64,000 bases of DNA. Source: a virus. The notes under the pieces were generated by a model, which ran no database searches, was not told the DNA's origin, and saw nothing but the letters and a program-made list of their open reading frames with translations. The stretch is from the IMG/VR virus record IMGVR_UViG_3300044970_001982, positions 45,101-109,100 of that record. The stretch is one strand, 5' to 3'. The translations under genes were made by a program, and so were the position numbers. Shown piece by piece: positions 56,975-64,000 of this stretch. Each line of letters opens with the position of its first letter. Position 1 is the stretch's first letter.

Positions 56975-57754
56975 TCACACTTTAGCATAGTTTTTATTTG
57001 CTATCAAATTTCTGTCGTCACCATTCTTTAAAAAAGAGTCATACATAAATTCAGACATTATGTGAGGAGCATAAATATAAGATGCGGAGTATAGTTCATA
57101 ACCTTTATTTTTACAATTTAAAGACCAACCAACATCTTCACCTTGTTCATGAACAGAATACTCAATATTTTGATATACATTTTTGCTCATCATTTTGGCG
57201 GCCATAATAACATCTGACTTAAAATAAGTTCCTAAGTCATACTTTTCTTTTCTATATGCTTTATTTGGAACATCTTCTCTCCAATTCATGACGCTTGGAT
57301 ACATTGTTCCAATTGGAGTCATAAACATAAGTGGACTTACTGCATCTGCTCCGGACTTAATATGTGCTATTAATAATTCCATAGTATTTGGATTTGTTAA
57401 TAGAATATCTGAGTCTAAGCTAAAGTAGTATTCTGGAGAAACATCTCTAACAGTTTCTAATAGAGAGTTTCTTAACGACACCATATTTACATATTTAGAC
57501 ATAGTCCATTGTCTGCCATTATTTTCGTGCTGAAAATGAGGAATGTCTTCTCTAATCTTTATGTTGAAGTAAGGAATTCTCTTATCAAATCTTTTCCATG
57601 CCTCTAATGAATTAATTGTGTCTTGATCATCAGGGGAAACTTCAAAAATAAAACCAACATCTTTTAAAGATACAGATTGATTTATTAGGCATCTAATCCA
57701 GTGTGGCAAAAGCCATGTTCTCTTGTAAGTTGGACAGCCTATTACTAACTTCAT
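56975..57754 (-). CDS. GT-A fold (family 2-like) glycosyltransferase
   Basis: LVIGCPTYKR N-terminus, LRNSLL, YYFSLDSDILL (DxD), GEDVGWS, C-terminal His. Confidence 0.85.
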   Translation of the reverse strand: MKLVIGCPTYKRTWLLPHWIRCLINQSVSLKDVGFIFEVSPDDQDTINSLEAWKRFDKRIPYFNIKIREDIPHFQHENNGRQWTMSKYVNMVSLRNSLLETVRDVSPEYYFSLDSDILLTNPNTMELLIAHIKSGADAVSPLMFMTPIGTMYPSVMNWREDVPNKAYRKEKYDLGTYFKSDVIMAAKMMSKNVYQNIEYSVHEQGEDVGWSLNCKNKGYELYSASYIYAPHIMSEFMYDSFLKNGDDRNLIANKNYAKV

Positions 57755-57757
57755 ATA

Positions 57758-58042
57758 TTATATATTATTTTCTAACTCAGAACTATTCTGCTCTACTTTT
57801 TGTTTTGCCTGCTGCTTTTCTGGAGCTACCTTGGTTTCTTCAGATTTCTTTAATGGCTTTTCCTCAATAGGACTTTTTTCGACATTAATACTATTGTTAA
57901 GATCCTCTATTATTTCAACAAGAATTTGTAAAGCAATTCTTACTTGACCATTATTAACACTATTGGATAGTGCCTTGATTGCATCGTCAGTATTTAAATA
58001 TGATGCTATTTGTTCATTCTTCAGGGTTATCTTTCTTGACAT
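57758..58042 (-). CDS. Hypothetical protein (~94 aa), co-transcribed with the glycosyltransferase
   Basis: Likely ATG at 58042 (MSRKITL) with AAAGG upstream; overlaps the 3' end of the portal gene. Confidence 0.6.
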   Translation of the reverse strand: MSRKITLKNEQIASYLNTDDAIKALSNSVNNGQVRIALQILVEIIEDLNNSINVEKSPIEEKPLKKSEETKVAPEKQQAKQKVEQNSSELENNI

Positions 58043-59678
58043 CGTTTGTGCCTTTCTCGTCATTTGTATATATAACATTATACTCTGACTCTAAAAGATT
58101 TTCAACTAAAGATAACCATGTATTATCAGATCTTCTAATATTTGGAGAATTATTTCTACCCTGTTGGTTTGCTGGTCTTACTGTATTTCCAGGGCCACGT
58201 CTTCTATTTGGTAGATTTCTTTGACCTTCTGGGGCGGACGCCTGTTTATCCCCATCTTTTTTAACGTCTGTCATTTGATTTTTTGCTGTTATTTGAGCTT
58301 GATTTTTAGCTATGTCCATTTGTATATTGGCTTGGATCTTTGCGAACAAGTCATCTTCGTCATAATCAGCTTCTAAACCTAGCTCTAATCTAGCTTCACT
58401 TAGCCCAATAATGTTATTTACATATTTTTGTATAATATGAGTCTCTTTTTTAACCTGAGTATCAACATCTATTTCATTAAACTTGAAATAACAACGATCT
58501 GAAACTCCATTTTCCATTGGATTAGAAACTGGATCAAATCCACCTTCTAAAAGAAGCTCATTGAATATGTGCACTCTTACCATTTCAGCAAATAGCTTTT
58601 GATATTGCTTGATCTTGTCGTATAACGCTGTGTCCAATCTATCTGTGACAGAACGGTTGCCACCATTCATCATCATGCCTAAATGGTGTGGGGCAACTCC
58701 GAGTCCAACAGCAACTCTTTCTTTAAAGTGCTCAAGATACGATGTAGCGTCAAGTGCGGCGTTGTTTGCTCCAATTACTTCTATATTATGTCTATAAGGA
58801 AGTATTAAACCACCTTCTGCTCTTAAGTTTTCTATCTCAGCAGAAGCCTTGTCTATTTCATCTGGCTCTGCTGGTTGGTCTGCTGTTCCAATTGTGTATT
58901 TGTACAGAGGGAATAATTCTCTATGCACTAGGTTTTGTATATCCTCTTCTATTTGACGAAGAGCGACGACATCATCTAAAACAGAACTTAAAAATGGTGT
59001 GCCAAAAGCGCGTCCAGTTTTTTTCTCCAAATACATATGTATGACTCTATCAGCGTTCCATACTGGATCTCTTTCAGTTGGAGCATAGGTTAGCGGATCG
59101 CTAGCCTGCTGATAAGATTTAGGTCTATTAAATTTATCTCTAAGAATTCTAACTTGTTCTGTTGGAATTAGATAATAGCCAACAACTGGCATTTCTGCAT
59201 TAACGCCTTGTATCTGTGTTGGAAAATATTCTGAAATATCTCCTCTAGCTTTTACCACAAAAACATTTGCATACTTAAATAAATGCTCAGTTACTTCTAT
59301 CAAAAAGTCTAGAAATGGTCTTTTCATAGCCATTTCCATATAATCTATTCTTTGGTATAGATAAGAAACAGCCTCTTGATTTTCTCCTACTATAGTCCAG
59401 TTTTCTTTCCAGAATAATTCTTTGTATTTATTTAAAGCCTGCCTAACATAGGAGTCTGTATCAGTAGCTTGCATTATTCTTTCAAAGTCATATGGAGATG
59501 GCTCGAATGTAGCTCTATTGTTGTAATAGAAAGTATTACCCTGAAAACCCAGGGCAAGGGCAGCAACTTTCATTGCCTTTCCTATTGTTCTAATTTCTTC
59601 AGGCTGAAGAGCCTTAGCTAGAGCATTATTATTTTGCTTATCTATTTGCCTAAATGGCAAAAAATCTAATACGGCCAT
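58014..59678 (-). CDS. Portal protein
   Basis: 554 aa; VIHMY...AFGTPFLSSVLDD...IE; VAVGLGV; FKFNEID...EARLELG; first gene of the head module. Confidence 0.88.
   Translation of the reverse strand: MAVLDFLPFRQIDKQNNNALAKALQPEEIRTIGKAMKVAALALGFQGNTFYYNNRATFEPSPYDFERIMQATDTDSYVRQALNKYKELFWKENWTIVGENQEAVSYLYQRIDYMEMAMKRPFLDFLIEVTEHLFKYANVFVVKARGDISEYFPTQIQGVNAEMPVVGYYLIPTEQVRILRDKFNRPKSYQQASDPLTYAPTERDPVWNADRVIHMYLEKKTGRAFGTPFLSSVLDDVVALRQIEEDIQNLVHRELFPLYKYTIGTADQPAEPDEIDKASAEIENLRAEGGLILPYRHNIEVIGANNAALDATSYLEHFKERVAVGLGVAPHHLGMMMNGGNRSVTDRLDTALYDKIKQYQKLFAEMVRVHIFNELLLEGGFDPVSNPMENGVSDRCYFKFNEIDVDTQVKKETHIIQKYVNNIIGLSEARLELGLEADYDEDDLFAKIQANIQMDIAKNQAQITAKNQMTDVKKDGDKQASAPEGQRNLPNRRRGPGNTVRPANQQGRNNSPNIRRSDNTWLSLVENLLESEYNVIYTNDEKGTNDVKKDNPEE
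58077..58105 (-). promoter_or_regulatory. Sigma70-like promoter TTGAAA-17-TATAAT inside the portal 3' end
   Basis: TTGAAA(58105-58100), 17-nt spacer, TATAAT(58082-58077); 35 nt upstream of ATG 58042. Confidence 0.6.
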
Positions 59679-59702
59679 TGTGTCTCCATTTATAAAGCTA
59701 GT

Positions 59703-59712
59703 TTAATAGTAG
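59703..59712 (-). promoter_or_regulatory. Putative late promoter box CTACTATTAA (portal)
   Basis: Intergenic, 25 nt before the portal ATG. Confidence 0.5.
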
Positions 59713-59735
59713 CTTAATATATGGCTTTTCGTAAT

Positions 59736-59915
59736 TTACTCAGCTTTTTCGCCAGATACCTTATCGAAAGCGTTCTTTAAGATTAATGTTTTTACAGATT
59801 CCATCCAAAAAATGGTCTCAGCTTCATTAAAGTCACTTCTATATTGAAGATTTGCGTCTGAGATTTTAATCTCAATTGTAAATTCTTTTTTTGGCTCTAC
59901 TGTTTCATCTGACAT
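59736..59915 (-). CDS. Small hypothetical protein (59 aa); absent from the ORF track
   Basis: MSDETVEPKKEFTIEIKISDANLQYRSDFNEAETIFWMESVKTLILKNAFDKVSGEKAE; GAGGT RBS; fills the intergenic gap. Confidence 0.75.
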   Translation of the reverse strand: MSDETVEPKKEFTIEIKISDANLQYRSDFNEAETIFWMESVKTLILKNAFDKVSGEKAE

Positions 59916-59923
59916 TTTTTACC

Positions 59924-60121
59924 TCACTCAAAATCATCTGTTTGTTTCTTGTTATCATTTTTTGCTTTTTCTACTTTAGCAGGATATGCTGCTGCTGATA
60001 GAATCTGAATTTTTGTATTTAATTGTTTTATTGTAGCTTCTTTTACAATTAGTTCTGTTGTTAACTGAGCTAATTTTTCATTAAAAGTTTGAATTAAAAC
60101 ATTAACATCTAGTTCATCCAT
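59924..60121 (-). CDS. Small coiled-coil hypothetical protein
   Basis: 65 aa, heptad pattern, GGAG RBS. Confidence 0.7.
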   Translation of the reverse strand: MDELDVNVLIQTFNEKLAQLTTELIVKEATIKQLNTKIQILSAAAYPAKVEKAKNDNKKQTDDFE

Positions 60122-60145
60122 AATTTCTCCATTAAGTAAAATGAT

Positions 60146-60158
60146 ATTATATCACATT
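60146..60158 (-). promoter_or_regulatory. Extended -10 promoter AATGTGATATAAT
   Basis: Same 13-mer as at 41261-41273; 25 nt before ATG 60121. Confidence 0.6.
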
Positions 60159-61315
60159 TCATATGAATCTGGAATATAGTCTACATGAACATTTTCATTT
60201 TCTTGTACGTGTGTAAATAAATAATATATTTTATTTATCCACTTAGAAAAGGCCTCTGGGCATTCTATGCCATCCTCATACTCTATGAGAGTGTCTTCTT
60301 GATTTAATATAAATTTACCAACTTGTTGTGGCCTTATCTGCATCAAAGAATCTCTAACATGCTTTGGCATTTGAAGTACTCTTAGCACTTTGTCACAAGT
60401 TTCTGCCATTGGTTCATTATTGTTAAATTCTCTATATGAATAAGCCCATTCTATTATTAATCTAAACAGTTCATGTATTGTTCTAGAAAAAAACTGAGGA
60501 TGAGTTGCGTATAATTTTTCAAATAATTCTGTTGCATTTTGATTGCATTCGGAGTATGTAATAATTGCTATTGGAGAGAGATCAATTACAACTTCATGAA
60601 GATTTATTGCTGCGTATTTTCTTGGGTTTTCGTTTTCTTCTACACACTTTTTGCCATATTCAGTAATCAAATTTTCTATGAATCTTGTTGAGTGCGTTAT
60701 ATTTTCTGCGGATTTGATCATATACTGCCTAGTTGAACATGCGTCCATAAAAGCTGAAGATCCATCTGGGCTTGCAGCTAGCCATAGTTGATAGGCTCTA
60801 TTTTTTTGAGGAGTAATATCTCTTTCAAATGATATATTCCAACACATGTCCTCATTATTCCAGCCTATAAAAAAATTATGATTTAAGTTTGGCTTAAGTA
60901 TTGGAGGAGACCAGTGCTGATCTTCATTATTCCATACCCACCCATTAAAAGGTTGGATGTTTATATTTTTATGGTCAGTCAAATCGTTAAATGGTGGAGG
61001 ATCTATTATGGCTATACTTTCTTTTCCATCAGAACCCAAAACAATATCAAGAGAATAATGCGTGTAACTTTCAATGTATTGTTTTAATTCGCTGCTATTA
61101 AATATATTTATATCATATAAATTAATAATAAATTCCGTTAAATAGGAAGTATCATAATTATCTTGTAAAAAACTAATATACAAAGTACAATCATCAGTCA
61201 AAAGATTAAATTTAGTATTTGATAGTATGTCATTATCTGCTCCAAGATAATCCTTAAAATAAGGATACTCTCCAACGCCATCATGTTTAGGATCTTTATA
61301 TGTTATATATTTCAT
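60152..61315 (-). CDS. Hypothetical protein
   Basis: 387 aa, GAGG RBS; short QPFNGWVWN..WSPP motif seen in small fibre-associated proteins. Confidence 0.7.
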   Translation of the reverse strand: MKYITYKDPKHDGVGEYPYFKDYLGADNDILSNTKFNLLTDDCTLYISFLQDNYDTSYLTEFIINLYDINIFNSSELKQYIESYTHYSLDIVLGSDGKESIAIIDPPPFNDLTDHKNINIQPFNGWVWNNEDQHWSPPILKPNLNHNFFIGWNNEDMCWNISFERDITPQKNRAYQLWLAASPDGSSAFMDACSTRQYMIKSAENITHSTRFIENLITEYGKKCVEENENPRKYAAINLHEVVIDLSPIAIITYSECNQNATELFEKLYATHPQFFSRTIHELFRLIIEWAYSYREFNNNEPMAETCDKVLRVLQMPKHVRDSLMQIRPQQVGKFILNQEDTLIEYEDGIECPEAFSKWINKIYYLFTHVQENENVHVDYIPDSYEM

Positions 61316-61334
61316 TATTTCCTCTACCTGTATA

Positions 61335-63224
61335 TTATACCAAAATTTGATAGCTATATCTTATTTTAACTTCTGTAATAGTAGAATACAATAAAGATCC
61401 ACTGGTGCCAGATCTGACCGTTAAAGCCAAATACCAACAATTACTAACACCTAGATTCGTTGTATTTGGAGCTATACCACTTGGCACTGACCATGTATCT
61501 GTTGCATTTGCGGCCAAACCTGAACTTAAAGTTCTAGTAGCAGCTGTTCCATTTACTTCTATTACAATTCTTGGAGAAGCTACTGGACCACATCTAGTTT
61601 GTATTGACTCTAACTGAGCGTTTATTGCTCCTGTTGGCAAGTCTGGCTGAAAAGCCAGTCTCAGAGTTTCATCATTTGTACCTGATTTTGCAACTTGTTG
61701 CGTAGTATATACTGTATATGTAACACTTCCAGACGCTGCTGTTTGATTTATTTGTCCACCAGTGGTTTCAAATCTTGTAAATAAAGTTGTGCTACTACTT
61801 GTATAAATAGCCGATTCGCCAGGTCCACCACCAAGAGAGCTAATATTAGATCCATTTACCGTTCCACTAAAAATAGAACTTCCTTTAGATCCACCTGGAG
61901 CAATACCTGACGGAACACTAGAAGGCCTAGAGATTCTGATTCTTCTATTTCCATTAGCTGTTCCCACCTGATTTATAGTCCAAGATCCATTAAAATAGCT
62001 GGCATTTGTTCCACTTGCGCCATTTATTGTTACCGTTCCACCAAAAGCGGATGGAGCGTTTATGTCTATTTCTATAACAATATATAAGCTATCTGTATAT
62101 AAAGCTATGTTTGAATAAATTAAATTACTTATTGTTACACTTGAATAGTTTAATGTATTTGTATTTAATGGTAAGTTGTGTGATGCACTAGTCCTATATT
62201 CAGCTATTCCAAAGCTACTGTCTCTAGAAATTCTATTTATTGTTTTTGTTTCATTTGATGGAACACTTTGAGTTGTGTATGCATTAGAATACCAGTGTGT
62301 CGCAGTATCATTATCTGATCCTTTTGCGTAATCTGAGTTAGCGTCTTTAAATGATGTTCCAGACGCACCATAGGCGCTGAAGTATGCAGTTTCATTGGCT
62401 GCAGCGTGTCCTGTGCTAGATGGTTTATATTGTGTTTCATAGTATTTAGTTTGTACTGAGCTTGAGTAAGCGCTCCATGCACTAGTTTGGCTTATGCCAG
62501 AATAAACAGTTCTAGCCCTACATCTAAATGTGTCTCCAGAATTAAGGCCTGTAATAGTTGCAGTTAGTGTTTGGTCGATGTCATTTGCAGTTAAGTTTCT
62601 ATTGACACTTGTATAATAAACCCATCCAGAGAAAATATCTAATTGATAAAATTCAAATTCAATATAAGCAGCGCTTCCGTTCCTAGTATATTCTGGGTTG
62701 CTAGTTGACTGAAAACTTAAAGAAGATGTTGTTCTAGCGGAGTTAGTGGGAGTTGTTGGGGTTGTTATAATATAAGCTAAAGTAGAAAATGTTGCTGTTA
62801 CGGTTGCGCTTTGCCCAACTTGCTCGTTGGTTGACGCATCATAATATGTGGCGTACGCGCTGAATTCATATGAAGTATTTGGAGATAAACCTGTTTCTGT
62901 TTTTGTTCCAGATATAGATCCTACCGCAGCTGTTGCCGGAACAAAAGATGCTCCGAGTACATTACTTGTTCTATAAACTGTTATTTGAGTTTTATATGGA
63001 GAACCAGTAGGAAGTGTTACCTGAACAGTTATTGAATTAATAGTTCTAGAACTTAATGTGATAGTTGGATTGTTTATTGTTCCACTAAATCTAGTGAAAA
63101 AAGTTCTCCAAGAGGATCCATCATAAACTTCACCTTTTTGAACATTTTGCCAAGAAGATCCATCGTAAACTTCTGGATCTGAAATATTTACCCATGTACT
63201 ACCGTTATATACTTCAATAGACAT
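61335..63224 (-). CDS. Fibronectin type III-containing fibre/virion protein
   Basis: N-terminal EVY(N/D)GS(S/T)W x3; TGLSPNTSYEFSAYA and TGLNSGDTFRCRAR...SAWS FN3 signatures. Confidence 0.7.
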   Translation of the reverse strand: MSIEVYNGSTWVNISDPEVYDGSSWQNVQKGEVYDGSSWRTFFTRFSGTINNPTITLSSRTINSITVQVTLPTGSPYKTQITVYRTSNVLGASFVPATAAVGSISGTKTETGLSPNTSYEFSAYATYYDASTNEQVGQSATVTATFSTLAYIITTPTTPTNSARTTSSLSFQSTSNPEYTRNGSAAYIEFEFYQLDIFSGWVYYTSVNRNLTANDIDQTLTATITGLNSGDTFRCRARTVYSGISQTSAWSAYSSSVQTKYYETQYKPSSTGHAAANETAYFSAYGASGTSFKDANSDYAKGSDNDTATHWYSNAYTTQSVPSNETKTINRISRDSSFGIAEYRTSASHNLPLNTNTLNYSSVTISNLIYSNIALYTDSLYIVIEIDINAPSAFGGTVTINGASGTNASYFNGSWTINQVGTANGNRRIRISRPSSVPSGIAPGGSKGSSIFSGTVNGSNISSLGGGPGESAIYTSSSTTLFTRFETTGGQINQTAASGSVTYTVYTTQQVAKSGTNDETLRLAFQPDLPTGAINAQLESIQTRCGPVASPRIVIEVNGTAATRTLSSGLAANATDTWSVPSGIAPNTTNLGVSNCWYLALTVRSGTSGSLLYSTITEVKIRYSYQILV

Positions 63225-63235
63225 TATTATCTCAC

Positions 63236-64000
63236 TTAATATCTTAAATAAATGTCACCAAGTGCCGCACCCGATGGTTGACTAGTGCTAGTGCCAATAG
63301 ATATATTTCTTAGCCTATATGCTGCTAGGCCAGCACCGCCTGTTTTAACGCCATCACCAAAACCAGTTATTTGGGTAGTCACAACTCCGGAGCTAAACCA
63401 TGCTAATCCAGTTGGTGACATGAGTGACAGATCTGAACCATTTTGAACATAAATACTACCAGCAAAACCAGATGCTGTACCAATATTCCAACCACCTATT
63501 GTTCCAGATGAAGCTGTAATCGTACCCTTAAAATAAGCGCTGCCCGAACTATCAATAGCAAAGTTTTTAGATGTTATTGATCCATTATCAAGATTTATTT
63601 GAGTACCACTTGTAGAAAATTGATCTACGCCAGAAAAAGAGTATCCTGTAGACTCTATCGTTCCTGTTCTAATTTTTCCACCGGAAATAGTTGTTGAATT
63701 TGAATTTACATCTGATGCTGCTTCACCTGGCTGTAAAGCCGTAGCTCCACTAGCTGCACCAGAAGCTATTGTTGAACCAGATGTACTTCCTATTGTTACA
63801 TCACCAGCTATAGTTAAGGATGTTCCATTCCAAACAAATTTATCTTTTAGAGAAAATTGACCACTATTATCTACATAAAATGATGTATTTGAATTGTTAA
63901 AAGTTCCAGTTCCAATATACAATTTTGTAGATGATATTGTCACGCCTCCAACAGTTCCCGCTTGGATTGTTCCCTGAACTACTAAAGAGGTACCATTCCA
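63236..64000 (-). CDS. Tail fibre/tip protein, C-terminal part (5' truncated by the window edge)
   Basis: Frame open to position 64000 (WNGTSLVVQGTIQAGTVGGVTISSTK...); repeated WNGTSL, GTIGGWNI; C-terminal PSGAALGDIYLRY. Confidence 0.75.
   Translation of the reverse strand, partial: WNGTSLVVQGTIQAGTVGGVTISSTKLYIGTGTFNNSNTSFYVDNSGQFSLKDKFVWNGTSLTIAGDVTIGSTSGSTIASGAASGATALQPGEAASDVNSNSTTISGGKIRTGTIESTGYSFSGVDQFSTSGTQINLDNGSITSKNFAIDSSGSAYFKGTITASSGTIGGWNIGTASGFAGSIYVQNGSDLSLMSPTGLAWFSSGVVTTQITGFGDGVKTGGAGLAAYRLRNISIGTSTSQPSGAALGDIYLRY

Larger units (their letters stand above)
1..64000 (-). mobile_element. Structural/morphogenesis module of a large contractile-tailed dsDNA phage (likely jumbo myovirus)
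   Basis: Co-oriented, tightly packed genes for portal, protease, capsid, sheath, tube and baseplate; several ORFs over 1500 aa; no host housekeeping genes. Confidence 0.95.

Noticed and set aside
63105-63215. Three ~25-nt direct repeats as a CRISPR or DGR repeat
   Set aside because: In-frame coding repeats (EVYDGSSW) with synonymous variation; no spacer structure and no reverse transcriptase nearby
1-64000. Stop-codon reassignment, as seen in some large phages
   Set aside because: Coding density is near complete with the standard code; TAG, TGA and TAA all terminate genes at tight junctions

Overview
The whole 64 kb window is the virion morphogenesis region of a large, AT-rich, contractile-tailed (myovirus, probably jumbo) phage. 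All credible genes lie on the minus strand and use the standard genetic code. In transcription order (right to left) it encodes: fibre and FN3 proteins, small ORFs, portal, a GT2 glycosyltransferase, prohead protease/scaffold, decoration protein, HK97-fold major capsid protein, head and neck fibres, head-tail adaptors, two sheath paralogues, three tube-fold paralogues and two paralogous tail chaperones. These are followed by a 2220-aa tape-measure/ejected protein, a 1549-aa protein, a 3745-aa hub, a two-domain cell-wall hydrolase and the baseplate genes. No terminase, tRNA, CRISPR array or integrase is visible. Four observations stand out. (1) The 1549-aa protein carries the motif series of single-chain two-barrel (QDE-1/YonO-like) RNA polymerases, with a variant GGFDLDD catalytic loop, an apparently permuted catalytic barrel and a C-terminal hydrophobic helix; it may be a virion-delivered RNAP. 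(2) The tripeptide Ala-Thr-Pro is strongly over-represented in outer virion proteins and was not seen in the putative ejected ones, alongside a head-module glycosyltransferase with its own promoter; this suggests a sequon-directed virion glycosylation system. (3) A 23-nt stretch just after the capsid stop codon is complementary to 23S rRNA helix 69/70. (4) Two promoter classes occur: TTACTAT(A/T)A boxes and sigma70-like promoters. All annotations come from manual motif reading; no database searches were run.
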